From assembly GCA_964016885.1 (NCBI GenBank), contig OZ024740.1, forward strand, positions 135,594,001 to 135,658,000: DNA of 64,000 nt, written 5' to 3'. The stretch's first letter is position 1; every line of letters starts with the position of its first letter. Shown here one piece after another: positions 34,621 through 49,600 of the stretch. The stretch comes from Eledone cirrhosa (Eukaryota). The notes beneath the pieces were generated by a model. It made no database searches, was not told the DNA's origin, and saw only the letters and a program-made list of their open reading frames with translations. Both the position numbers and the translations under genes were made by a program.

Positions 34621-37600
34621 GACTTCATCAACAACAGCAAGTCATGTCTTCCTCCACCGTTACTTTTCAACAACAAAAATCGACGACTGTTGAAGAAGAA
34701 CAACAAAAATCAACCGTCGATACAGAGTTTGAGGAAATACAGCAAATGATTTCCGCTTTAAGCTGAGAAATAGCGGGAATATAATCAAGCATTTGTGTAG
34801 AACCTCACAATGAGGGATCTTACCAGAGGGCCTTGTTACAAAATCTCCGCATACCTCTTCCCAAATCTAGACGCATTGAGAATGCCACTGAATATGTAAC
34901 CCACAAAGTGATTGCCATTGGTGTACCAGAAGACATAGTTGATCTTCACGCATTTGCTGCCAGTTCATCCTAAGATTTGGGCTGTGCACACCTGAAGGGT
35001 GCTCTACGCCTTGGCCGACCAGGTCCGAAACCCAGGCTAATTAGACTGTCTTTTTCGAACTCAACTGAGGCACGTTCATATATTTTGGCCTCTGATAAAG
35101 CTCGGCGTCAAAGTCAGATTGCCTTCTGAACACGCCCTGGTCTTCCACCTGATGTCCACCCAAAGCTGCGTGCTGCAGCTTCCTTAAACAGCAGCTCGGC
35201 AGAACATGAAAGCTTTAGCCTATGTGATGATGGGCAGATAAGGAAATTAATTAAGGCTGGAAAAGAGATACCGACTGGGCTGAAAACACTGTACCCACAA
35301 CAACTGACAATTTAAAAAATGAAAAAACTCTGGGGAATTAAATCAGAACAACCTGCCATCCCCTGCACATAATCATAGACAGGAATCAAGGTAAAAATTG
35401 TTGTACTTGAATGCACGTAGTCTATGCAATAAGATATATCTTTTTGACTCCTACGTTAAAAGTATCGACCCTGACTTCATTACAGTCACGGAAACTTGGG
35501 CACATCCCTTGCTCTGTGATGGGGTTTTCAGCATAACTGCCTTCATCAACAACAACCGACAACTGTGTCTTCCCCTACCATGCCTATTGAAGAAGAACAA
35601 CAAAAAGCGACCATCAATACAGAGTTTGAGGAAATACGGCAATTGATTTCCGCTTTAAGCCAAGAAATAGCGGGAATAAAATCAAGCATTTGTGTAGAAC
35701 CTCACAATGAGGGATCTTACCAGAGTGCCTTGTTACAAAATCTCCGCATACCTCTTCCCAAGTCTAGACGCATTGAGAATGCCACTGAATATGTAAACCA
35801 TAAAGTGATTGCCATTGGTGTACCAGAAGACATAGTTGATCTTCAGGCATTTGCTGCCAGTTCATCCTAAGATTTGGGCTGTGCACACCTGAAGGGTGCT
35901 CTACGCCTTGGCCGACCAGGTTCGAAACCCAGGCTAATTAGACTGTCTTTTTCGAACTCAACTGAGGTACGTTCATATATTTTGGCCTCTGATAAAGCTA
36001 GGCGTGAAGGTCGGATTACCTTCGGAACATGCCCTGGTCTTCCACCTCATGTCCACCCAAAGCTGCGTGCTGCAGCTTCCTTAAACCGCAGCTCGGCAGA
36101 ACATGAAAGCTTTAGCCTATGTGATGATGGGCAGATATGGAAGTTTATTAAGGCTGGAAAAGAGATACTGACTGGTCTGAAAACACTGTACCCACAACAA
36201 CTGACAATTAAAAAAATGAAAAAACTCTGGGGAATTAAATCAGAACAACCTGCCATTCCCTGCACATAATCATAGACTGGAATAAAGGTAGAAATTGTTG
36301 TACTTGAATGCACGTAGTCTATTCAATAAGATATATCTTTTTGACTCCTACGTTAAGAGTATCGACCCTGACTTCATTACAGTCACAGAAACTTGGGCAC
36401 ATCCCTTACTCTGTGATGGGGTTTTCAGTATAACTGGCTTCATCAACAACAACCGACAACTGTGTCTTCCCCTACTATGCCTGTTGAAGAAGAACAACAA
36501 AAAGCGACCATCAATACAGAGTTTGAGGAAATACGGCAAATGATTTCCGCTTTAAGCCAAGAAATAGCGGGAATAAAATCAAGCATTTGTGTAGAACCTC
36601 ACAATGAGGGATCTTACCAGAGTGCCCTGTTACAAAATCTCCGCATACCTCTTGCCAAATCTAGACGCATTGAGAATGCCACTGAATATGTAAACCACAA
36701 AGTGATTGCCATTGGTGTACCAGAAGACATAGTTGATCTTCAGGCATTTGTTGCCAGTTCATCCTAAGATTTGGGCTGTGCTCCCCTGAAGGGTGCTCTA
36801 CGACTTAGCCGACAAGGTCCGAAACCCAGGCTAATTAGACTGTCTTTTTCAAACTCAACTGAGGTACGTTCATATATTTTGGCCTCTGATAAAGCTAGGC
36901 GTGAAAGTCAGATTGCCTTCTGAACACGCCCTGGTCTTCCACCCAAAGCTGCGTGCTGCAGCTTCCTTAAAACGCAGCTCGGCAGAACATGAAAGCTTTA
37001 GCCTATGTGCTGATGGGCAGATATGGAAGTTTATTAAGGCTGGAAAAGAGATACCGACTGGGCTGAAAACACTGTACCCACAACAACTGACAATTAAAAA
37101 AATGAAAAAACTCTGGGGAATTAAATCAGAACAACCTGCCATCCCCTGCACATAATCATAGACTGGAATCAAGGTAGAAATTGTTGTACTTGAATGCACG
37201 TAGTCTATGCAATAAGATATATCTTTTTGACTCCTACGTTAAAAGTATCGACCCTGACTTCATTACAGTCACGGAAACTTGGACACATCCCTTACTCTGT
37301 GATGGGGTTTTCAGTATAACTGGCTTCATCAACAACAACCGACAACTGTGTCTTCCCCTACTATGCCTGTTGAAGAACAACAAAAAGCGACCATCAATAC
37401 AGAGTTTGAGGAAATACGGCAAATGATTTCCGCTTTAAGCCAAGAAATAGCGGGAATAAAATCAAGCATTTGTGTAGAACCTCACAATGAGGGATCTTAC
37501 CAGAGTGCCTTGTTACAAAATCTCCGCATACCTCTTCCCAAGTCTAGACGCATTGAGAATGCCACTGAATATGTAAACCACAAAGTGATTGCCATTGGTG

Positions 37601-40600
37601 TACCAGAAGACATAGTTGATCTTCAGGCATTTGCTGCCAGTTCATCCTAAGATTTGGGCTGTGCACACCTGAAGGGTGCTCTACGCCTTGGCCGACCAGA
37701 TCCGAAACCCAGGCTAATTAGACTGTCTTTTTCGAACTCAACTGAGGCACATTCATATATTTTGACCTCTGATAAAGCTAGGCGTGAAAGTCGGATTGCC
37801 TTCTGAACACGCTCTTGTCTTCCACCTCATGTCCACCCAAAGCTGCGTGCTGCAGCTTCCTTAAACCGCAGCTCGGCAGAACATGAAAGCTTTAGCCTAT
37901 GTGATGATGGGCAGATATGGAAGTTTATTAAGGCTGGAAAAGAGATACCGACTGCTCTGAAAACACTGTACCCACAACTGACAATTAAAAAAATGATAAA
38001 ACTCTGGGGAATTAAATCAGAACAACCTGCCATCCCCTGCACATAATCATAGACTGGAATCAAGGTAGAAATTGTTGTACTTGAATGCACGTAGTCTATG
38101 CAATAAGATATATCTTTTTGACTCCTACGTTAAAAGTATCGACCCTGACCTCATTACAGTCACGGAAACTTGGACACATCCCTTACTCTGTGATGGGGTT
38201 TTCAGTATAACTGGCTTCATCAACAACAACCGACAACTGTGTCTTCCCCTATTATGCCTGTTGAAGAAGAACACCAAAAAGCGACCATCAATACAGAGTT
38301 TGTGGAAATACGGCAAATGATTTCCGCTTTAAGCCAAGAAATAGCGGGAATAAAATCAAGCATTTGTGTAGAACCTCACAATGAGGGATCTTACCAGAGT
38401 GCCTTGTTACAAAATCTCCGCATACCTCTTGCCAAATCTAGACGCATTGAGAATGCCACTGAATATGTAAACCACAAAGTGATTGCCATTGGTGTACCAG
38501 AAGACATAGTTGATCTTCAGGCATTTGTTGCCAGTTCATCCTAAGATTTGGGCTGTGCTCCCCTGAAGGGTGCTCTACGACTTAGCCGACAAGGTCCGAA
38601 ACCCAGGCTAATTAGACTGTCTTTTTCAAACTCAACTGAGGTACGTTCATATATTTTGGCCTCTGATAAAGCTAGGCGTGAAGGTCGGATTACCTTCGGA
38701 ACATGCCCTGGTCTTCCACCCAAAGCTGCGTGCTGCAGCTTCCTTAAAACGCAGCTCGGCAGAACATGAAAGCTTTAGCCTATGTGCTGATGGGCAGATA
38801 TGGAAGTTTATTAAGGCTGGAAAAGAGATACCGACTGGGCTGAAAACACTGTACCCACAACAACTGACAATTAAAAAAATGAAAAAACTCTGGGGAATTA
38901 AATCAGAACAACCTGCCATCCCCTGCACATAATCATAGACTGGAATCAAGGTAGAAATTGTTGTACTTGAATGCACGTAGTCTATTCAATAAGATATATC
39001 TTTTTGACTCCTACGTTAAGAGTATCGACCCTGACTTCATTACAGTCACAGAAACTTGGGCACATCCCTTACTCTGTGATGGGGTTTTCAGCATAACTGG
39101 CTTCATCAACAACAACCGACAACTGTGTCTTCCCCTACTATGCCTGTTGAAGAACAACAAAAAGCGACCATCAATAAAGAGTTTGAGGAAATACGGCAAA
39201 TGATTTCCGCTTTAAGCCAAGAAATAGCGGGAATAAAATCAAGCATTTGTGTAGAACGTCACAATGAGGGATCTTACCAGAGTGCCTTGTTACAAAATCT
39301 CCGCATACCTCTTCCCAAGTCTAGACGCATTGAGAATGCCACTGAATATGTAAACCACAAAGTGATTGCCATTGGTGTACCAGAAGACATAGTTGATCTT
39401 CAGGCATTTGCTGCCAGTTCATCCTAAGATTTGGGCTGTGCACACCTGAAGGGTGCTCTACGCCTTGGCCGACCAGGTTCGAAACCCAGGCTAATTAGAC
39501 TGTCTTTTTCGAACTCAACTGAGGTACGTTCATATATTTTGGCCTCTGATAAAGCTAGGCGTGAAGGTCGGATTACCTTCGGAACATGCCCTGGTCTTCC
39601 ACCCAAAGCTGCGTGCTGCAGCTTCCTTAAAACGCAGCTCGGCAGAACATGAAAGCTTTAGCCTATGTGCTGATGGGCAGATATGGAAGTTTATTAAGGC
39701 TGGAAAAGAGATACCGACTGGTCTGAAAACACTGTACCCACAACTGACAATTAAAAAAATAAAAAAACTCTGGGGAATTAAATCAGAACAACCTGCCATC
39801 CCCTGCACATAATCATAGACTGGAATCAAGGTAGAAATTGTTGTACTTGAATGCACGTAGTCTATGCAATAAGATATATCTTTTTGACTCCTACGTTAAA
39901 AGTATCGACCCTGACTTCATTACAGTCACGGAAACTTGGACACATCCCTTACTCTGTGATGGGGTTTTCAGCATAACTGGCTTCATCAACAACAACCGAC
40001 AACTGTGTCTTCCCCTACCATGCCTGTTGAAGAAGAACAACAAAAAGCGACCATCAATACAGAGTTTGAGGAAATACGGCAAATGATTTCCGCTTTAAGC
40101 CAAGAAATAGCGGGAATAAAATCAAGCATTTGTGTAGAACCTCACAATGAGGGATCTTACCAGAGTGCCTTGTTACAAAATCTCCGCATACCTCTTCCCA
40201 AATCTAGACGCATTGAAAATGCCACTGAATATGTAAACCACAAAGTGATTGCCATTGGTGTACCAGAAGACATAGTTGATCTTCAGGCATTTGCTGCCAG
40301 TTCATCCTAAGATTTGGGCTGTGCACACCTGAAGGGTGCTCTACGCCTTGGCCGACCAGATCCGAAACCCAGGCTAATTAGACTGTCTTTTTCGAACTCA
40401 ACTGAGGCACATTCATATATTTTGACCTCTGATAAAGCTAGGCGTGAAAGTCGGATTGCCTTCTGAACACGCTCTTGTCTTCCACCTCATGTCCACCCAA
40501 AGCTGCGTGCTGCAGCTTCCTTAAAACGCAGCTCGGCAGAACATGAAAGCTTTAGCCTATGTGATGATGGGCAGATATGGAAGTTTATTAAGGCTGGAAA

Positions 40601-43600
40601 AGAGATACCGACTGCTCTGAAAACACTGTACCCACAACTGACAATTAAAAAAATGATAAAACTCTGGGGAATTAAATCAGAACAACCTGCCATCCCCTGC
40701 ACATAATCATAGACTGGAATCAAGGTAGAAATTGTTGTACTTGAATGCACGTAGTCTATGCAATAAGATATATCTTTTTGACTCCTACGTTAAAAGTATC
40801 GACCCTGACCTCATTACAGTCACGGAAACTTGGACACATCCCTTACTCTGTGATGGGGTTTTCAGTATAACTGGCTTCATCAACAACAACCGACAACTGT
40901 GTCTTCCCCTATTATGCCTGTTGAAGAAGAACACCAAAAAGCGACCATCAATACAGAGTTTGTGGAAATACGGCAAATGATTTCCGCTTTAAGCCAAGAA
41001 ATAGCGGGAATAAAATCAAGCATTTGTGTAGAACCTCACAATGAGGGATCTTACCAGAGTGCCTTGTTACAAAATCTCCGCATACCTCTTGCCAAATCTA
41101 GACGCATTGAGAATGCCACTGAATATGTAAACCACAAAGTGATTGCCATTGGTGTACCAGAAGACATAGTTGATCTTCAGGCATTTGTTGCCAGTTCATC
41201 CTAAGATTTGGGCTGTGCTCCCCTGAAGGGTGCTCTACGACTTAGCCGACAAGGTCCGAAACCCAGGCTAATTAGACTGTCTTTTTCAAACTCAACTGAG
41301 GTACGTTCATATATTTTGGCCTCTGATAAAGCTAGGCGTGAAGGTCGGATTACCTTCGGAACATGCCCTGGTCTTCCACCCAAAGCTGCGTGCTGCAGCT
41401 TCCTTAAAACGCAGCTCGGCAGAACATGAAAGCTTTAGCCTATGTGCTGATGGGCAGATATGGAAGTTTATTAAGGCTGGAAAAGAGATACCGACTGGGC
41501 TGAAAACACTGTACCCACAACAACTGACAATTAAAAAAATGAAAAAACTCTGGGGAATTAAATCAGAACAACCTGCCATCCCCTGCACATAATCATAGAC
41601 TGGAATCAAGGTAGAAATTGTTGTACTTGAATGCACGTAGTCTATTCAATAAGATATATCTTTTTGACTCCTACGTTAAGAGTATCGACCCTGACTTCAT
41701 TACAGTCACAGAAACTTGGGCACATCCCTTACTCTGTGATGGGGTTTTCAGCATAACTGGCTTCATCAACAACAACCGACAACTGTGTCTTCCCCTACTA
41801 TGCCTGTTGAAGAACAACAAAAAGCGACCATCAATAAAGAGTTTGAGGAAATACGGCAAATGATTTCCGCTTTAAGCCAAGAAATAGCGGGAATAAAATC
41901 AAGCATTTGTGTAGAACGTCACAATGAGGGATCTTACCAGAGTGCCTTGTTACAAAATCTCCGCATACCTCTTCCCAAGTCTAGACGCATTGAGAATGCC
42001 ACTGAATATGTAAACCACAAAGTGATTGCCATTGGTGTACCAGAAGACATAGTTGATCTTCAGGCATTTGCTGCCAGTTCATCCTAAGATTTGGGCTGTG
42101 CACACCTGAAGGGTGCTCTACGCCTTGGCCGACCAGGTTCGAAACCCAGGCTAATTAGACTGTCTTTTTCGAACTCAACTGAGGTACGTTCATATATTTT
42201 GGCCTCTGATAAAGCTAGGCGTGAAGGTCGGATTACCTTCGGAACATGCCCTGGTCTTCCACCCAAAGCTGCGTGCTGCAGCTTCCTTAAAACGCAGCTC
42301 GGCAGAACATGAAAGCTTTAGCCTATGTGCTGATGGGCAGATATGGAAGTTTATTAAGGCTGGAAAAGAGATACCGACTGGTCTGAAAACACTGTACCCA
42401 CAACTGACAATTAAAAAAATAAAAAAACTCTGGGGAATTAAATCAGAACAACCTGCCATCCCCTGCACATAATCATAGACTGGAATCAAGGTAGAAATTG
42501 TTGTACTTGAATGCACGTAGTCTATGCAATAAGATATATCTTTTTGACTCCTACGTTAAAAGTATCGACCCTGACTTCATTACAGTCACGGAAACTTGGA
42601 CACATCCCTTACTCTGTGATGGGGTTTTCAGCATAACTGGCTTCATCAACAACAACCGACAACTGTGTCTTCCCCTACCATGCCTGTTGAAGAAGAACAA
42701 CAAAAAGCGACCATCAATACAGAGTTTGAGGAAATACGGCAAATGATTTCCGCTTTAAGCCAAGAAATAGCGGGAATAAAATCAAGCATTTGTGTAGAAC
42801 CTCACAATGAGGGATCTTACCAGAGTGCCTTGTTACAAAATCTCCGCATACCTCTTCCCAAATCTAGACGCATTGAAAATGCCACTGAATATGTAAACCA
42901 CAAAGTGATTGCCATTGGTGTACCAGAAGACATAGTTGATCTTCAGGCATTTGCTGCCAGTTCATCCTAAGATTTGGGCTGTGCACACCTGAAGGGTGCT
43001 CTACGCCTTGGCCGACCAGGTTCGAAACCCAGGCTAATTAGACTGTCTTTTTCGAACTCAACTGAGGCACGTTCATATATTTTGGCCTCTGATAAAGCTA
43101 GGCGTGAAAGTCGGATTGCCTTCTGAACACGCTCTTGTCTTCCACCTCATGTCCACCCAAAGCTGCGTGCTGCAGCTTCCTTAAACCGCAGCTCGGCAGA
43201 ACATGAAAGCTTTAGCCTATGTGATGATGGGCAGATATGGAAGTTTATTAAGGCTGGAAAAGAGATACTGACTGGTCTGAAAACACTGTACCCACAACAA
43301 CTGACAATTAAAAAAATGAAAAAACTCTGGGGAATTAAATCAGAACAACCTGCCATCCCCTGCACATAATCATAGACTGGAATCAAGGTAGAAATTGTTG
43401 TACTTGAATGCACGTAGTCTATGCAATAAGATATATCTTTTTGACTCCTACGTTAAAAGTATCGACCCTGACTTCATTACAGTCACGGAAACTTGGACAC
43501 ATCCCTTACTCTGTGATGGGGTTTTCAGCATAACTGGCTTCATCAACAACAACCGACAACTGTGTCTTCCCCTACCATGCCTGTTGAAGAAGAACAACAA

Positions 43601-46600
43601 AAAGCGACCATCAATACAGAGTTTGAGGAAATACGGCAAATGATTTCCGCTTTAAGCCAAGAAATAGCGGGAATAAAATCAAGCATTTGTGTAGAACCTC
43701 ACAATGAGGGATCTTACCAGAGTGCCCTGTTACAAAATCTCCGCATACCTCTTGCCAAATCTAGACGCATTGAGAATGCCACTGAATATGTAAACCACAA
43801 AGTGATTGCCATTGGTGTACCAGAAGACATAGTTGATCTTCAGGCATTTGTTGCCAGTTCATCCTAAGATTTGGGCTGTGCTCCCCTGAAGGGTGCTCTA
43901 CGACTTAGCCGACAAGGTCCGAAACCCAGGCTAATTAGACTGTCTTTTTCAAACTCAACTGAGGTACGTTCATATATTTTGGCCTCTGATAAAGCTAGGC
44001 GTGAAAGTCAGATTGCCTTCTGAACACGCCCTGGTCTTCCACCCAAAGCTGCGTGCTGCAGCTTCCTTAAAACGCAGCTCGGCAGAACATGAAAGCTTTA
44101 GCCTATGTGCTGATGGGCAGATATGGAAGTTTATTAAGGCTGGAAAAGAGATACCGACTGGGCTGAAAACACTGTACCCACAACAACTGACAATTAAAAA
44201 AATGAAAAAACTCTGGGGAATTAAATCAGAACAACCTGCCATCCCCTGCACATAATCATAGACTGGAATCAAGGTAGAAATTGTTGTACTTGAATGCACG
44301 TAGTCTATGCAATAAGATATATCTTTTTGACTCCTACGTTAAAAGTATCGACCCTGACTTCATTACAGTCACGGAAACTTGGACACATCCCTTACTCTGT
44401 GATGGGGTTTTCAGTATAACTGGCTTCATCAACAACAACCGACAACTGTGTCTTCCCCTACTATGCCTGTTGAAGAACAACAAAAAGCGACCATCAATAC
44501 AGAGTTTGAGGAAATACGGCAAATGATTTCCGCTTTAAGCCAAGAAATAGCGGGAATAAAATCAAGCATTTGTGTAGAACCTCACAATGAGGGATCTTAC
44601 CAGAGTGCCTTGTTACAAAATCTCCGCATACCTCTTCCCAAGTCTAGACGCATTGAGAATGCCACTGAATATGTAAACCACAAAGTGATTGCCATTGGTG
44701 TACCAGAAGACATAGTTGATCTTCAGGCATTTGCTGCCAGTTCATCCTAAGATTTGGGCTGTGCACACCTGAAGGGTGCTCTACGCCTTGGCCGACCAGA
44801 TCCGAAACCCAGGCTAATTAGACTGTCTTTTTCGAACTCAACTGAGGCACATTCATATATTTTGACCTCTGATAAAGCTAGGCGTGAAAGTCGGATTGCC
44901 TTCTGAACACGCTCTTGTCTTCCACCTCATGTCCACCCAAAGCTGCGTGCTGCAGCTTCCTTAAACCGCAGCTCGGCAGAACATGAAAGCTTTAGCCTAT
45001 GTGATGATGGGCAGATATGGAAGTTTATTAAGGCTGGAAAAGAGATACCGACTGCTCTGAAAACACTGTACCCACAACTGACAATTAAAAAAATGATAAA
45101 ACTCTGGGGAATTAAATCAGAACAACCTGCCATCCCCTGCACATAATCATAGACTGGAATCAAGGTAGAAATTGTTGTACTTGAATGCACGTAGTCTATG
45201 CAATAAGATATATCTTTTTGACTCCTACGTTAAAAGTATCGACCCTGACCTCATTACAGTCACGGAAACTTGGACACATCCCTTACTCTGTGATGGGGTT
45301 TTCAGTATAACTGGCTTCATCAACAACAACCGACAACTGTGTCTTCCCCTATTATGCCTGTTGAAGAAGAACACCAAAAAGCGACCATCAATACAGAGTT
45401 TGTGGAAATACGGCAAATGATTTCCGCTTTAAGCCAAGAAATAGCGGGAATAAAATCAAGCATTTGTGTAGAACCTCACAATGAGGGATCTTACCAGAGT
45501 GCCTTGTTACAAAATCTCCGCATACCTCTTGCCAAATCTAGACGCATTGAGAATGCCACTGAATATGTAAACCACAAAGTGATTGCCATTGGTGTACCAG
45601 AAGACATAGTTGATCTTCAGGCATTTGTTGCCAGTTCATCCTAAGATTTGGGCTGTGCTCCCCTGAAGGGTGCTCTACGACTTAGCCGACAAGGTCCGAA
45701 ACCCAGGCTAATTAGACTGTCTTTTTCAAACTCAACTGAGGTACGTTCATATATTTTGGCCTCTGATAAAGCTAGGCGTGAAGGTCGGATTACCTTCGGA
45801 ACATGCCCTGGTCTTCCACCCAAAGCTGCGTGCTGCAGCTTCCTTAAAACGCAGCTCGGCAGAACATGAAAGCTTTAGCCTATGTGCTGATGGGCAGATA
45901 TGGAAGTTTATTAAGGCTGGAAAAGAGATACCGACTGGGCTGAAAACACTGTACCCACAACAACTGACAATTAAAAAAATGAAAAAACTCTGGGGAATTA
46001 AATCAGAACAACCTGCCATCCCCTGCACATAATCATAGACTGGAATCAAGGTAGAAATTGTTGTACTTGAATGCACGTAGTCTATTCAATAAGATATATC
46101 TTTTTGACTCCTACGTTAAGAGTATCGACCCTGACTTCATTACAGTCACAGAAACTTGGGCACATCCCTTACTCTGTGATGGGGTTTTCAGCATAACTGG
46201 CTTCATCAACAACAACCGACAACTGTGTCTTCCCCTACTATGCCTGTTGAAGAACAACAAAAAGCGACCATCAATAAAGAGTTTGAGGAAATACGGCAAA
46301 TGATTTCCGCTTTAAGCCAAGAAATAGCGGGAATAAAATCAAGCATTTGTGTAGAACGTCACAATGAGGGATCTTACCAGAGTGCCTTGTTACAAAATCT
46401 CCGCATACCTCTTCCCAAGTCTAGACGCATTGAGAATGCCACTGAATATGTAAACCACAAAGTGATTGCCATTGGTGTACCAGAAGACATAGTTGATCTT
46501 CAGGCATTTGCTGCCAGTTCATCCTAAGATTTGGGCTGTGCACACCTGAAGGGTGCTCTACGCCTTGGCCGACCAGGTTCGAAACCCAGGCTAATTAGAC

Positions 46601-49600
46601 TGTCTTTTTCGAACTCAACTGAGGTACGTTCATATATTTTGGCCTCTGATAAAGCTAGGCGTGAAGGTCGGATTACCTTCGGAACATGCCCTGGTCTTCC
46701 ACCCAAAGCTGCGTGCTGCAGCTTCCTTAAAACGCAGCTCGGCAGAACATGAAAGCTTTAGCCTATGTGCTGATGGGCAGATATGGAAGTTTATTAAGGC
46801 TGGAAAAGAGATACCGACTGGTCTGAAAACACTGTACCCACAACTGACAATTAAAAAAATAAAAAAACTCTGGGGAATTAAATCAGAACAACCTGCCATC
46901 CCCTGCACATAATCATAGACTGGAATCAAGGTAGAAATTGTTGTACTTGAATGCACGTAGTCTATGCAATAAGATATATCTTTTTGACTCCTACGTTAAA
47001 AGTATCGACCCTGACTTCATTACAGTCACGGAAACTTGGACACATCCCTTACTCTGTGATGGGGTTTTCAGCATAACTGGCTTCATCAACAACAACCGAC
47101 AACTGTGTCTTCCCCTACCATGCCTGTTGAAGAAGAACAACAAAAAGCGACCATCAATACAGAGTTTGAGGAAATACGGCAAATGATTTCCGCTTTAAGC
47201 CAAGAAATAGCGGGAATAAAATCAAGCATTTGTGTAGAACCTCACAATGAGGGATCTTACCAGAGTGCCTTGTTACAAAATCTCCGCATACCTCTTCCCA
47301 AATCTAGACGCATTGAAAATGCCACTGAATATGTAAACCACAAAGTGATTGCCATTGGTGTACCAGAAGACATAGTTGATCTTCAGGCATTTGCTGCCAG
47401 TTCATCCTAAGATTTGGGCTGTGCACACCTGAAGGGTGCTCTACGCCTTGGCCGACCAGGTTCGAAACCCAGGCTAATTAGACTGTCTTTTTCGAACTCA
47501 ACTGAGGCACGTTCATATATTTTGGCCTCTGATAAAGCTAGGCGTGAAAGTCGGATTGCCTTCTGAACACGCTCTTGTCTTCCACCTCATGTCCACCCAA
47601 AGCTGCGTGCTGCAGCTTCCTTAAACCGCAGCTCGGCAGAACATGAAAGCTTTAGCCTATGTGATGATGGGCAGATATGGAAGTTTATTAAGGCTGGAAA
47701 AGAGATACTGACTGGTCTGAAAACACTGTACCCACAACAACTGACAATTAAAAAAATGAAAAAACTCTGGGGAATTAAATCAGAACAACCTGCCATCCCC
47801 TGCACATAATCATAGACTGGAATCAAGGTAGAAATTGTTGTACTTGAATGCACGTAGTCTATGCAATAAGATATATCTTTTTGACTCCTACGTTAAAAGT
47901 ATCGACCCTGACTTCATTACAGTCACGGAAACTTGGACACATCCCTTACTCTGTGATGGGGTTTTCAGCATAACTGGCTTCATCAACAACAACCGACAAC
48001 TGTGTCTTCCCCTACCATGCCTGTTGAAGAAGAACAACAAAAAGCGACCATCAATACAGAGTTTGAGGAAATACGGCAAATGATTTCCGCTTTAAGCCAA
48101 GAAATAGCGGGAATAAAATCAAGCATTTGTGTAGAACCTCACAATGAGGGATCTTACCAGAGTGCCCTGTTACAAAATCTCCGCATACCTCTTGCCAAAT
48201 CTAGACGCATTGAGAATGCCACTGAATATGTAAACCACAAAGTGATTGCCATTGGTGTACCAGAAGACATAGTTGATCTTCAGGCATTTGTTGCCAGTTC
48301 ATCCTAAGATTTGGGCTGTGCTCCCCTGAAGGGTGCTCTACGACTTAGCCGACAAGGTCCGAAACCCAGGCTAATTAGACTGTCTTTTTCAAACTCAACT
48401 GAGGTACGTTCATATATTTTGGCCTCTGATAAAGCTAGGCGTGAAAGTCAGATTGCCTTCTGAACACGCCCTGGTCTTCCACCCAAAGCTGCGTGCTGCA
48501 GCTTCCTTAAAACGCAGCTCGGCAGAACATGAAAGCTTTAGCCTATGTGCTGATGGGCAGATATGGAAGTTTATTAAGGCTGGAAAAGAGATACCGACTG
48601 GGCTGAAAACACTGTACCCACAACAACTGACAATTAAAAAAATGAAAAAACTCTGGGGAATTAAATCAGAACAACCTGCCATCCCCTGCACATAATCATA
48701 GACTGGAATCAAGGTAGAAATTGTTGTACTTGAATGCACGTAGTCTATGCAATAAGATATATCTTTTTGACTCCTACGTTAAAAGTATCGACCCTGACTT
48801 CATTACAGTCACGGAAACTTGGACACATCCCTTACTCTGTGATGGGGTTTTCAGTATAACGGGCTTCATCAACAACAACCGACAACTGTGTCTTCCCCTA
48901 CTATGCCTGTTGAAGAACAACAAAAAGCGACCATCAATACAGAGTTTGAGGAAATACGGCAAATGATTTCCGCTTTAAGCCAAGAAATAGCGGGAATAAA
49001 ATCAAGCATTTGTGTAGAACCTCACAATGAGGGATCTTACCAGAGTGCCTTGTTACAAAATCTCCGCATACCTCTTCCCAAGTCTAGACGCATTGAGAAT
49101 GCCACTGAATATGTAAACCACAAAGTGATTGCCATTGGTGTACCAGAAGACATAGTTGATCTTCAGGCATTTGCTGCCAGTTCATCCTAAGATTTGGGCT
49201 GTGCACACCTGAAGGGTGCTCTACGCCTTGGCCGACCAGATCCGAAACCCAGGCTAATTAGACTGTCTTTTTCGAACTCAACTGAGGCACATTCATATAT
49301 TTTGACCTCTGATAAAGCTAGGCGTGAAAGTCGGATTGCCTTCTGAACACGCTCTTGTCTTCCACCTCATGTCCACCCAAAGCTGCGTGCTGCAGCTTCC
49401 TTAAACCGCAGCTCGGCAGAACATGAAAGCTTTAGCCTATGTGATGATGGGCAGATATGGAAGTTTATTAAGGCTGGAAAAGAGATACCGACTGCTCTGA
49501 AAACACTGTACCCACAACTGACAATTAAAAAAATGATAAAACTCTGGGGAATTAAATCAGAACAACCTGCCATCCCCTGCACATAATCATAGACTGGAAT

